Counted from the first letter of the stretch, positions 1 through 12,982 are shown. The stretch is DNA of 64,000 nucleotides from Octopus vulgaris (GCA_951406725.2 OX597821.1:11594001-11658000), one strand, 5' to 3'. The notes: a model not told the origin generated them from the letters alone. Numbers and translations are program-made.

Positions 1-366
1 CGATTTCTATAACTAAGCAATTATAATTCCCTTTAAGATAAAATTTCGAAATTGAACTGACGAAATCTAACAGTTGGAAAAATGTATATATAATTGGATT
101 ATTATCGCATGGAATACATACAAAATAGACTAGCCATGTCATTATTTATTTGTTTCACAATATATTTCAAAAGAAAAAAGTTATTTTGCTCTCTAAAAAA
201 GTGAATAATGAAATTGTTTATGTGCGTATGCACGTATGTACGCATGTATTACATATGCATGCATGAATGCATAAATGTGTATATATGCATACAAATCCAC
301 AGACACACATTCATGCATTGTCTGGGTGTGCATTATATATTACGTATCTATCCATCTATCTGTCTA

Positions 367-370
<4 letters not shown>

Positions 371-440
<70 letters not shown>

Positions 441-457
441 TGTGTGTGTGTGTGTAT
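371..457. repeat. (TA)n-(TG)n compound microsatellite, representative of dozens in the window
   Basis: Direct reading; explains the YIYI/VCVC pseudo-ORFs. Confidence 0.95.
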
Positions 458-1241
458 GATAAGTAATATATAATACACTCTCGCACAGATACACATAGGA
501 ATATATGCCTGTGAATATGTATGCTAATATGTGTGTATTGCTACATAGGGGGAAGCAGATAAAGAGAAAAATAGACTCATAAAACAGTGAGAAGGATATA
601 CGCAAAGCAGAGATCGACTTACATATATACCAATTTATGAGAAAGAAATTAAAGAGATGACAGGATATTGCCGTTGCTAGCTTTGATCGATTCATCATTT
701 AATCGATAGCTGGACAGCGATTGACACTGATATAAGATAATACGTCGACAAATTTTCAAACGCAAACACACAGACCCATATGCATATCTATTTACGTCAT
801 CATGAAAAATTGTTGTATAGGTAGACAAACATGTATACTAACAGACTTAAAGATATACGCGAAGATATACAGAGAGATAACTAAATATACAGTATATGCA
901 GATTGATAAAGTTTGTTACATACTTTCATTTATACCTACATATATATACATATCTACTTAAGCTATGCAAATCTATAACATAGATGGGCAAACGTTCATG
1001 CAAACAGACTTACAGATATACATAAAGATATATTAGATAGATAACTAAATATAAACGCTGATTGTAAACTATTCGTAAATTTTCTATCTTCTAATAAAAA
1101 GTTAAGGAAAGTGAGATAATTCGGAGCGGGTGCAAAAGCACGATGGTCACTGTAAGTAATAGTTAGTCTAGACAAAAGTTCATAGACGTATTCTAAAATT
1201 CCTTTGCTATGAGGACTGGATAGTCGAACGTTTCGCGTCTA

Positions 1242-1411
1242 TGCTCTTGGTCTAAGAAAGAAGGAAAGACAGATAGATAATAGTGCTCTTGGGCTAAGAA
1301 AAGGGGTAAAACAGAAAGAAAATAGTGTCTTTGGTCTAAGAAAAAGAGTGAGACAGAAAGATAATAGTGCACTTGTTCTAAGAAAGAGGGAAAGACAGAA
1401 GGATGAGAGTG
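1242..1411. repeat. 42-bp tandem repeat, ~4 diverged copies
   Basis: Unit tgctcttggtctaagaaagaaggaaagacagatagataatag recurs at 1242, 1284, 1326, 1368. Confidence 0.85.
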
Positions 1412-1664
1412 CGAGCAAGTAAAACAATAGATAGACTATATGACCATCATTGACAAATTATCCAATCCTAGATGTTAAATCCAACGGCTGTCAGCAATAA
1501 CAGCTTACCTAATAGACCAAGTAGTTCAAAAACATGAGCGATATCACTGGCTTCGACGTTGGTCTTATTTAAGAATTCCCTACTTCTAAAGAGATGTCGA
1601 ACCATAGACTAAGGGTCTACGTATCCCAGCTCTTAAATACCCGTTGACTCAACGTTATTTAATC

Positions 1665-1823
1665 GTCCCTTGACGTATTTTGCTTTCCATCCTGCGGGAT
1701 ATCCGACACAAGTAACTCTCCTCACGCACCATGTACGGTGGCCGGTTTAGTCACCGACAACCCGGCCATATCTAATGTTGTAAATAGTTGCATCTTACAA
1801 GTAGCATTAAGAATGACCTGACA
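1665..1823 (-). mobile_element. Dispersed repeat, possibly a non-LTR 5' end or SINE; related copy at ~26470-26640
   Basis: Both loci share catcctgc...ctcctcac...gccggtttagtcaccgac.acccg.ccat...gtagca...tgacctgaca. Confidence 0.55.
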
Positions 1824-1956
1824 TTGCATGAAGAGTGTCCTTAAACATATCCATACATAGAACACAAATAAATCTCCATCGGTTTCGACGATGTGTATTC
1901 AACGTTATGGCTAATTAAACAAGACGCTCGTTGATTTAGCTAGTAAATGGCTGAGT

Positions 1957-2344
1957 GTGGAGGCGCAATGGCTCAGTGGTTAGGGCAGCGGACTCGCGGT
2001 CATAGGATCGCGGTTTTGATTCCCAGACCGGGCGTTGTGAGTGTTTATTGAGCGAAAACACCTAAAAGCTCCACGAGACTCCGGCAGGGGATGGTGGTGA
2101 TCCCTGCTGTACTCTTTCAGCACAACTTTCTCTCACTCTTACTTCCTGTTTCTGTTGTACCTGTATTTCAAAGGGCCGGCCTTGTCACTCTCTGTGTCAC
2201 GCTGAATATCCCCGAGAACTACGTTAAGGGTACACGTGTCTGTGGAGTGCTCAACCACTTACACGTTAATTTCACGAACAGGCTGTTCCGTTGATTCTGA
2301 TCAACCGGAGCCCTCGTCGTCGTAATCGACGGAGTGCTTCCAAA
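1957..2344 (+). mobile_element. tRNA-derived SINE (head B + tail B) with 13-bp TSD
   Basis: Box A-like tggctcagtggtt and box B-like ggttttgattccc; TAAATGGCTGAGT duplicated at 1944-1956 and 2345-2357. Confidence 0.9.
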
Positions 2345-2875
2345 TAAATGGCTGAGTATAAATAATCATGTGTTCCGTTAATGAAATTTGCAGGCACACT
2401 TTGTGTGAGAGAAAGCTACAAACAGATTCAGACAGACGCTATGGTACAGCTGGTCCCTTAATTTAAAGGAACAATATATATATAATGAGCTTCCATACAG
2501 TTGCTATCTATTCAATTTTACTCACGAAAACCTCGCTTGAGGTGATGCTTTATGGAAGGTAATTGCTCAGGATGTTACGCAGTGGGATCAAAATTGGGAT
2601 TCCCTAAATGCTGATTGAACATTTTAAATATTTAAATATTTATCTGCCTAAACATATATGGATATCTTACAAACACTCCTACCTATCTACCTACCTACCT
2701 ACCTACATACATACATACCTATCTACATACCTACCTACCTACCTACCTACCTACCTACCTACCTGCCTGCCTGCCTACCTACATACCTACCTACCTATCT
2801 ACCTACCTGCCTACCTACAAACATACATGCATACATACATACATACATACATACATACATACATACATACATACA

Positions 2876-2906
<31 letters not shown>

Positions 2907-3323
2907 TACCCACTACAGAAATACGTTGTGCTGAAATCGAGGAAAGCGAGCCAACAGAATATTTTAAAAAGTTCGTTATTTCTATATTGAATCAATTTCG
3001 GAATTAATCTCATAATAGATTTTTTCCTCGTCAGTAGAAAATACGGAACGAGGATAAAATCTATTATGAGATTAATTCCGAAATTGATTCAATATAGAAA
3101 TAACGAACTTTTTAAAAAATTATGTTGGCTGGTTTTCCTCGATTTCGGCACAACGTATTTCTGTAGTGGGTATATAATAATACGTGGAAATTGACGATTT
3201 AAATGTCTGTTATAAGCATATTGTCATAGAAATAATTTTCTTTTGTCCTTGTTTATAAGTTGTTTATAATTTTAACATTTAATGGTATTTTAATATGCTG
3301 CAAAAAAACTTCATCCTATATTA

Positions 3324-3325
<2 letters not shown>
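2907..3325 (+). mobile_element. Fold-back PLE pseudo-LTR fragment; ~125-bp inverted arms 2907-3031 / 3048-3172
   Basis: Arms are near-perfect reverse complements; contains an HHR; flanked by (TACA)n and (TA)n. Confidence 0.8.
2979..3040 (-). ncRNA. Minimal type I hammerhead ribozyme
   Basis: Minus strand: UUUCUA CUGACGA GGAA-aaaaucuauuaugagauuaa-UUCC GAAA UUGA-U-UCAA UA UAGAAA; 6-bp stem I, intact core, near-palindromic stem III, AUA triplet. Confidence 0.85.
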
Positions 3326-3401
<76 letters not shown>

Positions 3402-3609
3402 ACAAGGTTCTATTGTTGCCATTTCACGTTTTTAATTTCGCGCGCACTTTCTTTGTTTTTGATTTTGTCGACTGAACACTACAGTAGGGTCATTTGGGCA
3501 CCGTCTGTGAGAAGAACAGCACCATGATAGAAAATTCGGAAACGACATGCTGTATTAGTTCGCATTCGTACCTGAAACTCCAATACGAACACACAGAGCA
3601 AAACTGTGG

Positions 3610-3955
3610 CAAAGCTGCGTCCCCAAAACATGTACCGAGAGTGATAAAAATCAAAAACCCAGTCAATATCATGGTGTTTGGAGTGATCACTGCTGATGGT
3701 GACGTTATACCTCCATTCATCTTACTCTTCCTGCACGGCTTAAGTTTCAACACTTAGGCCTACATGAAGTACCTGGAGTGCTGTCCTGGGTCAAGTGGGT
3801 GACTGCTGGAAGACACTGTATCTGGCAACAGGACTCTGCACCAGGCTACACAGGCGGGAGAACCCAGTCATGGCTGTCAGAGAATTTCTGCGACCACATC
3901 AACAATAAAATCTGGCTAGCTAACTTCCCAGATTGCAACACCCGTGAATATTATT
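3610..3955 (+). pseudogene. IS630-Tc1-mariner transposase catalytic-domain fragment (frameshifted)
   Basis: IMVFGVITADGDVIPPFI...WQQDSAPGY...TQSWL...WLANFPDCNTREY resembles QQDxAPxH...WPxxSPDxNPxDY. Confidence 0.8.
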
Positions 3956-4165
3956 TTGGAATTTATGGGAGCAGCTATCTTTCAAGACTCATATTGTTGT
4001 TGAATGCTCGAAATGAGGTGTTGTTAGACAGCCGACAACTGAGGAAAGGTCATTCTTCGAGTAACTTGCCCTGTTTTCGATTTTTTCTCTCGTTGTTTGT
4101 GTATTTAACACATTTGTTTTCGTACTTCATGTTGTTTACACAGTTGGTGACGCCATGTGCCCATA
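3955..4165 (+). mobile_element. 3' fragment of family F (PLE-like, ends in (TA)n)
   Basis: Homologous to 5045-5215 and 45355-45570. Confidence 0.7.
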
Positions 4166-4189
4166 TATATATATATATATATATATATA

Positions 4190-4563
4190 TTCTTTACTCT
4201 TTTACTTGTTTCAGTCATTTGACTGCGGCCATGCCGGAGCACCGCCTTTAGTCGAGCAAATCGACCCAGTACTTATTCTATCGGTCTCTTTTGCTGAACC
4301 GCTATGACGGGGACGTAAACACACCAGCATCGGTTGTCAAGCAATGCTAGGGGGACAACACAGACACACAAACACACACACACATATATATATACATATA
4401 TACGACAGGCTTCTTTCAGTTTCCGTCTACCAAATCCACTCACAAGGCTTTGGTCGGCCCGGGACTATAGCAGAAGACACTTGCCCAAGATGCCACGCAG
4501 TGGGATTGAACCCGGAACCATGTGGTTGGTTAGCAAGCTACTTACCACACAGCCACTCCTCCG

Positions 4564-4565
<2 letters not shown>
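4190..4565 (-). mobile_element. Family A tRNA-derived SINE with internal (TA/TG)n
   Basis: Minus-strand head ggcggaggagtggctgtgtggtaag...gggttcaatccc and tail ...tgactgaaacaagtaaaagagta; more than 10 copies in the window. Confidence 0.9.
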
Positions 4566-4605
<40 letters not shown>

Positions 4606-4608
<3 letters not shown>

Positions 4609-4719
4609 AAATGAACACCACGCATCCATTTCCAAGTAAGTTTATCTTAACCTTTTTGATGCGACTCTATGCTGTTTTCTCTCCATCATTCTCTAATCCC
4701 CTTTTTCTCCACTTCACTG

Positions 4720-4761
<42 letters not shown>

Positions 4762-5215
4762 TTTTCGCTTTTTCTCTCTCGTTGCTCACACGTGACCATC
4801 ATCCACCTTCCTTTTCCTCGCGTGACCATCTTTCTTTTCCTGCACGACGTTCTAAGGACTGGAGTCTTCTATCTCTCTCTTCTATCGTTTCTCTTTTCAA
4901 AGAGAATATTTATCCCAGCGTTCACTATTTTCCTCTCGTTCTGGTCTAACGACCCTCTGTTTGTTTTCGTTCAGTTTCCTTGTGTGTCTGCACTGTCCTG
5001 TTTTTGTCCCAAACTTTGACCCTCCATAAATACAAAATTACATTTTGCAATTTATGGGAGTATCTCTCTTTGAAGACTCATATTTTCGTTCAATGCTCAA
5101 AATGAGGAGCAGATAGACAGCCGACAACTGATGAAGGGCCGTTCTTTTATTTAACTCGTTCGTTTTCCTACTTCATGTTCTTTACACAGTTGGTAGCGTA
5201 CTGTACCTATATATG
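4606..5215 (+). mobile_element. Family F non-coding element between (TA)n tracts (PLE-like)
   Basis: Collinear with 45040-45570; contains CTGATGA at 5128-5134. Confidence 0.7.
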
Positions 5216-5230
5216 CATATATATTATTTA

Positions 5231-5530
5231 TCTATATATATAAAAGTGAAGTTGTGTGGTATCTGTCTTCTACGATTTAGATTCCTAACTACCCCCACAA
5301 TTTGCGGTGCAGTTTAACCAAAAGCGGGTATCTTATAGTCGGGATTCATATCGAGCCCTTCTGGGTATTAGGGCGTGTCTACGATGCGTCGACGATTAAA
5401 AAAAAATTACCATCTTTTTTTCCCATTTTTAATGTATTTTTTTGCTATTATATAAGGGAAGTAAATCTCTAAAAATGCTTATATAGTTATTTCCCTTACA
5501 AACCCGAGCAACGCCGGGCGATACTACTAG
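5231..5530 (+). mobile_element. Non-autonomous Helitron, copy 1
   Basis: 5' TC, 3' GC hairpin cccgagcaacgccggg then CTAG, inserted between A and T, no TSD. Confidence 0.85.
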
Positions 5531-5734
5531 TATTATATATTTATGTATGCATATATATATATATATATATATATACAAATAAGAAAATGGAGGAACAAAT
5601 TAATTCCGATCATCAACTTTCAGATATTACAATCTCATATTATTTATTAATTATACAAATAGGAACATGGAAATCGAACAGAACAATATACAGCGATATG
5701 CAAATTAATAATAAAATAAAACTAATAGAAATAA

Positions 5735-5785
5735 ACTGCTTCTTACAGCTGTTTCAGCCTATGGTCAAGAGGCTTTACCAGCAGT
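5735..5785 (-). ncRNA. Degenerate minimal hammerhead in a (TA)n-flanked element (~5577-5822)
   Basis: Minus strand: CUGGUAA AGCCU-cuugaccau-AGGCU GAA ACAGCUGU A; palindromic stem III, GUA triplet; core differs from CUGAUGA at two positions. Confidence 0.6.
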
Positions 5786-5840
5786 ATATTGGATAACTCA
5801 TAACCCCTATCTTACTTTGTACTATATATATATATATATA

Positions 5841-5874
<34 letters not shown>

Positions 5875-5907
5875 TACATACATACATACATAAATTCATA
5901 CATAAAC

Positions 5908-5963
<56 letters not shown>

Positions 5964-7161
5964 GTATGCACGTATGCAAGTATCTATGCATACATAAAGA
6001 TAGAGTAACATATGAGTCATATAGATAGACTCACTGATGTCGTTTAGTAAATAGTTAGTTTGGTTATGAGATAAATTTATCGATTTAAGTTATTGATAGT
6101 CTGAACGAAATAGAATAAATAGAATCATAAAGAACACTTCAACAGACTATTGATCTCTTCTAAAATGGCTCCACACCAAAATTTTAGTACCTCAAAGACA
6201 TTTTCGCTAATATTTTATGTCATTAATCAGTTTTGATTATCACTATGCCATATCTTCTTAATATATAAAATGAATGTATATAGGTATATGTGTTCAATGT
6301 TGTTGGCCACAGTTTCATAAGTGGTTGAGATTTTTGCATAACGTCATATATTTTCAGCTACAACGTCATAAGATCTGTGACTTTTGCCTGTAAGTTATTC
6401 GTTTAAGGCATTTTAGAAACTAACAGGGTAACAAATAGTATTGCACACCTGAATAGCTAAAGGGAACACTGATTATAAAAATAATTCATTTAGATCAAAT
6501 ATGAAAATTAGTACTATAGTTTTCATAGAACATTTTCCCAGGAAATTAAAGATTTTATTTTAGCCTAGTTTCCACATTGCCTGAAATTGCCTGAATTTCT
6601 TATATGAAGTAATTTTTACAGTATCAACATTGTTGAACTTACTGAAGGTTTTCGAAATACTTTAAGGAATTTACGCAAAATATAGTTAAAAAAAGTATAT
6701 ACATTAATGAGACCGGAGAAGGCCGGGCTCAGCTGCTGCTTATCATTATAAAAGCACAAATATTTTATTCCAAAACTCAAGTAGACGCTGTTAATGTGGC
6801 TTGTGTGCGTTAATTGTTTTACGATTTTTTCCACCATTTGCACCGAATAAAAGAATTTTCAGTACCAGAATGAAGCATTATTGTGCAATCAAGTAGAATT
6901 GATACACATTAGGGTACTTTTCTCTTCGAGAAATTGAATGCTGGAAGTCATTCCACTTGTGACCATCCAAGCATTTAACACCTGGGAGACAGATTTGTGT
7001 TTGCAAAGTTTAAAAAAATTTTGAATTCTGAAAATTCAATCAGTGTAAAAAACGATATATTACACTTATTTATAAATTACCATTTCCATGAGCTGGAATG
7101 ATTGTGATGCGGTTATGAAATATATATGCTGAAACAAATGCTACCAGCTCAACATGCGATA

Positions 7162-7538
7162 TCTTTATATATAAAAGTAAGGTTGTGTGTCTGTCTCCTA
7201 CGATTTAGATTCCTAACTACTCCCACATTTTGTGGTGCAGTGTAATCAAAATCGGGTATCTTATAGTCGTGATTCATATCGAGCCCTTCTGGGTATTAGC
7301 GCGCGTCTAAGATGAGTCTACGATTTTAAAAATAATTTACCATCAATGTTTTCCATTTTAATGCATTTTATTCGCTATTATATAAGGGAAGTAACTCTCT
7401 AAAAATATCTACGATGAGTCAACGATTTTTTCCCCATTTTTAATGCATTATTTTGCTATTTTTTGGCTATAACTCTCTAAAAATGCTTATATATTTATTT
7501 CCCTTACAAACCCGAGCAACACCGGACGATACTGCTAG
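7162..7538 (+). mobile_element. Non-autonomous Helitron, copy 2
   Basis: A|TC...hairpin...CTAG|T; internal ~80-bp sub-repeat present twice. Confidence 0.85.
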
Positions 7539-7981
7539 TTATGCATAAATCAGAGAGGCTTTACATAGTCGTGTGATGTTGTGTAGAAGGAAGATGAATG
7601 TAAAAAGCGCTTACGGTCACAAATAATTCAGAGTGTGCAACGATGACAGTACTGCCTTGACTCAATGAAGACCGTAGAGCCTGCTATCATCTATTTCTAC
7701 CGAGGAAAATAACTAGCTAGTGGATTTATCATGCATTCGAAAAATAAATCAATAAATAAACGCTGGTTATCAGTTAAGGTAAAATGTTCTCACTCGTGTT
7801 TTAGTGGAATAGCACAGGTATAATAATGTTACTAGGGTCTCAGGCAACAAGCTGTATTTGGGGCCAGTTCATGGTTTCTTATTACCAGTAATGAGATGCA
7901 CCCATAGTTCCATCTATATGTCAAATAAGGAAATGCATATATCCAAAAAGGGATGTATGTAAGAACATATGTATGCATACA

Positions 7982-7982
7982 C

Positions 7983-8079
<97 letters not shown>

Positions 8080-8104
8080 GATCGATCGATCGATCGATCG
8101 ATCT
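7982..8104. repeat. (TATC)n grading into palindromic (GATC)n
   Basis: Direct reading. Confidence 0.9.
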
Positions 8105-8251
8105 AGTTATTCATCTGTCTGTAGTTGTAGAGGTCTAGTAAGTAGATTAGACAGAATAATCAGAAAGTAACACATGAGTTTATAAAGATTATTTTTTTCA
8201 TCGGCAGAAAGTATAACGTCATCAGCGGCCAGGAGTTTCGAGCATTGCAAT

Positions 8252-8283
<32 letters not shown>

Positions 8284-8385
8284 TGTATGTATGTATGTAT
8301 GTATGTATGTATGTATGTATGTATGTATGTATGCATGTATGCATGCAAGTATGTACACACACACAAGTACGTATATATACATACA

Positions 8386-8419
<34 letters not shown>

Positions 8420-8420
<1 letters not shown>

Positions 8421-8713
8421 CTTTATATATAAAAGTAAGGTTGTGTGTCTGTCTCCTACGATTTACATTCCTAACTACTCCCACATTTTGCGGTGCAGTT
8501 TAACCAAAACCAGGTATCTTATAGTCGTGATTCATATCAAGCCCTTCTGGGTATTAGCGCGCGTCTATGATGAGTCAACGATTTAAAAAAAAATTACCAT
8601 CATTTTTTTTCCATTTTTAATGCTTTTTTTGCTATTTTTTAGCTATAACACTCTAAAAATGCTTATATAGTTATTTCCATTACAAACCCGAGCAACGCCG
8701 GGCGATACTGCTA

Positions 8714-8714
<1 letters not shown>
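8420..8714 (+). mobile_element. Non-autonomous Helitron, copy 3
   Basis: A|TC...cccgagcaacgccggg...CTAG|T. Confidence 0.85.
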
Positions 8715-8762
<48 letters not shown>

Positions 8763-8770
8763 AACACATA

Positions 8771-9083
8771 TTCCGTCTGTCACGAATGACCACGGGCGCA
8801 CCTAAGAGGTTCCCTTCCTGGGTACAAGTCTGAGCAGGGTTGTTTTTATGGAAGACCAGCAGTCGTCCATGTATACCAGCCTCCCCTCTACATGTCACCG
8901 ACGTTACCCAAGAGAAGGACGAAGGCCGATACAGCTTGGCACCAGCGACGTCGGAATCATTTCTACAGGTGTGTGAACTGGAGCAACGTGAAATAAAGTG
9001 TCTTGCTAAAGAACACAACACGCAGCCTGGACCGGGAATCGAACTCACAACCTCACAATGCTAAGCTCAACGCTCTAGCCACT
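8771..9083 (-). mobile_element. tRNA-derived SINE (head C + tail C)
   Basis: Reverse complement aligns with 60206-60543. Confidence 0.8.
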
Positions 9084-9555
9084 AACATTTGCCCGAGGTG
9101 TCAAGCAGTATGACTGAATCTGGAGCTATGTGGTTGGTAAGCAAAGCTCTTACCACACAGCCACGCCTTTGCCTACAATGATCAATTTCTATTAATTTTT
9201 TTTTCTTAAAGACGCCAGAAAATTTTAGGCTGCCTGCTTTTGATAAGGAAAATCCCAACACAGCAAACTAGCAAAATGACCACAGAATGAAAAAAATAAA
9301 GAATAATACCATGTATCACTACGAACGGTTATGACAGACCCTCTGCAAGAAGTGCGACTTATTATAAAGAGCAGCAGGATTTATTTAAATTCATACTCTG
9401 GTTCACTAATGATAGATCAAACCGTCCAAGCATGTAGTTTCTACATCATACATACATAGATACATATATATATATACACACGCATACACAGGAACATAGT
9501 AAAAATATGTATGTATGTATATATATATACGTGTGTGAGTGCGTGTGTGTACATA

Positions 9556-9595
<40 letters not shown>

Positions 9596-9621
9596 TAAGT
9601 ACAGGTGCATACACACACACA

Positions 9622-9684
<63 letters not shown>

Positions 9685-10029
9685 GCGCGCTCGCGTATGT
9701 ATATGTGTGCAAGTGTACAGGCAAATGAAAGTATATCAAATGACAAATTATTTTTTTGATTTCTTAAAAATATCATATGATTGAGGGCGGTGCCTTACAT
9801 TATGAGGAGGGAGACAATCTCCAGAATCGATAATTCTTTTACGGTGCTATACCCCATGGGAAAAGGAGAGGCGAACTATCTTGACATTGGTGGATAGGCG
9901 TGTATTATGTTCTAATAGGCGTACACATACATACATACATACATAAATACATACATACATACATACATAATACATATATATATACACACACATATATATA
10001 CATATACATACATACATATATATAATATA

Positions 10030-10170
10030 TCTCTGAGCGTGGTATAAACAGTAGCTGCAAGACTTCGTGAAGTTTATTTGTCGCATAAATGTGGCTAACA
10101 CTTAAAGGTTGATGCTACTGTAGCTTGTAACCCCAGGAAGACATCTCCTCCAGCTGGTTATCGACACACT
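10030..10170 (-). mobile_element. Short (TA)n-flanked element carrying the non-HHR structured motif; relative of 31141-31526
   Basis: Minus strand agtgtgtcgataaccagctggaggagatgtcttcctggggttacaagctacagtagcat, then AATAAA and (TA)n. Confidence 0.7.
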
Positions 10171-11138
10171 ATAATATATATATATATATATATACATGTG
10201 TGTGTACACAACGAATACCATCTCACCCAGATAAGCATGGAAATCTGGACGTGAAAACGACGACGACGATGATGATGATGATGATGATTATAGTGGTGGT
10301 TGTAATGGTGATGGAGGTGGTGGTAGTGACGATGACAACAATGACGATGATTGAGGTAATGTGATGATGACGATGGTGGAAGTAAGATATAGACATGAGT
10401 TGTACGCTCTTGACCATATGTTTGCTCAGTGAGTGTCACCCTGCGGTTTAATACCACCACCTCCAACACCACTGTCATCACAAACAACAAGATACCATAA
10501 CCACCACCACCACCACCACCACCACCATCATCCTCATCGTTATAGTCATAATCATGATCATCATTTTCAAATACAACGACATCGATAACAAGAGCAAAAT
10601 GGACGACAAGACAAATACTAATGAAGGAAATTTTAATGGTTGTGCTGGTTTAAATTTTTTTTTTATTTTATTGTGTGTATTTTTGCGCAAATGTTCAGAT
10701 TCATACGAATTTCTTTATCAAACAAGGATTGGGTTTTGTGGTCTTAGTTTCAAGCATCTATTTTTGAGGTTAGCATCATTTTACTGGAAGATGGCCAAAA
10801 TTACACTAAAATCATTATATTGACAGTGATATATTAAGAAATTTTGATGTTTTCAGACTAAAATAACATACAGAGTTTATATATATTTTGTAGACGAATG
10901 GCCGTTTCAAAGTAAAGGAAAACAAATTTACATAAAACAAATTAATAAACAGACAAACACTGCACAATAGGAAACATTACATCAAACCTTTATAACTCCG
11001 GCTATGAAATAACCTGTTTAAACACAAATACAATAGCACCGTTCTATACAATTTACTGATCTGTTTCTAAAATATTTGCCAACAGTAACTTTAGGTGACA
11101 ACAACAACAACAACAACAAAAACAACAACAACAACAAC

Positions 11139-11197
<59 letters not shown>

Positions 11198-11199
<2 letters not shown>

Positions 11200-11574
11200 T
11201 TGACAAACTTAGTAAATATAAGGACCTGGAAATCGAAATACAAAAGATGTGGAATCTTAAAACAAAAACTGTTCCTGTTATTGTAGGTGCCCTAGGTATG
11301 ATAAAAAAGGGATGTCAGAAACACCTAGACAATATCCCTGGAGAACCATGTATCAAGGAAATCCAAAAGATTGTGCTAACAAGTACTGCCCACATCCTTA
11401 GAAAAACCCTATCAATGTAAATGTTTGTGTTTGTATTACATGGAGATATTTCTCTACTTCCCCTCCCCAAGCTTTCAGCTATATTTCAACAACTCTTAAC
11501 TTTCACTTGCCCTAGGGCGCTGGGTGTGCCCCAGCAAGTGATTGCATCAAACATGCAGATTAAAAGTAAATGAC
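11198..11574 (+). mobile_element. 5'-truncated R4/Dong-like non-LTR retrotransposon (restriction-like endonuclease C-terminus + 3' UTR)
   Basis: KLSKYKDLEIEIQKMWNLKTKTVPVIVGALG...QKIVLTSTAHILRKTL; (AAT)n on both sides. Confidence 0.85.
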
Positions 11575-11614
11575 AATAATAATAATAATAATATTAATAT
11601 TAATAATAATAATG

Positions 11615-11728
<114 letters not shown>

Positions 11729-11743
11729 TTAATAATAATAATA

Positions 11744-12118
11744 TAGGAGATAGGGAATAGGATGCCGGACATAGTCTTAATTGAGAAAGAAAACAAACTA
11801 TACTGATCATAGATATAGCATGCCCAGCTGACTACAAGGTATGCGATAAGGAAGAAAGAAAAGCCGAAAGATATGACAGGTTAGCTTGGGAAGTTAAGAA
11901 GTTGTGGTCGATGAAAAAGGTAGCAGTAGTGCCTATAATTGTCGGAGCCCTGGGAACAGTGAACAAAAATCTGGAAAAGTGCGTGGAACAAATAGGGGCT
12001 GCAATAAGGGTGGAGCACTAGCAGAATGCAGCACTGCTTGGAACCACTCGAATACTCCGGAAGGTAGTGAACAGTTGACATTGTAGTACATCTCCAGCGT
12101 TAGAAGCTGTGCAAAGGC
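11744..12118 (+). mobile_element. R4/Dong-like 3' fragment, second family
   Basis: PDIVLIEKENK / IIDIACPAD...KAERYDRLAWEVKKLW...VPIIVGALG (PD..D RLE motif, frameshifted); (AAT)n flanks. Confidence 0.85.
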
Positions 12119-12236
<118 letters not shown>

Positions 12237-12239
12237 TTC

Positions 12240-12297
<58 letters not shown>

Positions 12298-12350
12298 TAA
12301 TAATAATATTATTATTATTATTAATATTAATAATAATAATAATGATGATG

Positions 12351-12913
12351 ATCCCGAGCAGAAGTAGTGGGGGAGTATCAATGCCCTGATGCAGTACCAG
12401 GCAGTCGCTCTCGTGGCTTCTGATCTTAACTGATTGGAAGTGTTATCATGTACATTGTTATGTCTTGGTATAAAAGATGGGCTACAGCAAATATTCTGCT
12501 CAATACCACAGATTTGCTTGTCAGTTGTTTGACCTTAACCAGTTGGCCATGTCCCTTAGTGGCTGACGTTATGTGTATCTCTGATCCCGAGCAGAAGTGG
12601 TGGGGTGGGGCATCATAGCCATCTGTTGACAGGGATTCTTTGGGGCTTGAATAATTCGCCTCTGGAAACAAGAGTATTTAGTTCAATTTCCTTAAACAAC
12701 CCTTATTCAGAGACCTTTCGAGCGGGTTGGGTTATTCGACCAGAAGAAAATTCTAACTGGGCCTCATCTGCAATTTCCTGAGCTGATTATCTGGGTATGA
12801 TGTGGTGCATGTGCCTATTGTACCCTTATCAGAAGGGTAGTCATAATGGCTATACTGGACTTCGTATATTTTACCCCCGTGTCACTTTGATGGCATGCAC
12901 TGCCCTCTCATTC
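12351..12913 (+). mobile_element. Family G non-coding element ending in (AAT)n
   Basis: Homologous to 53435-53841 and 58105-58325; embedded in (AAT)n. Confidence 0.75.

Positions 12914-12982
<69 letters not shown>

Noticed and set aside
1206-1232. Hammerhead-like ctatga-ggact-ggat-agtc-gaacgtt
   Set aside because: Several core bases missing and no stem I
10120-10162. Twister ribozyme (GGUUACAAGC on the minus strand)
   Set aside because: Matching P2 partner and downstream GAGUAA-type pseudoknot strand not found; not conserved in the two related copies
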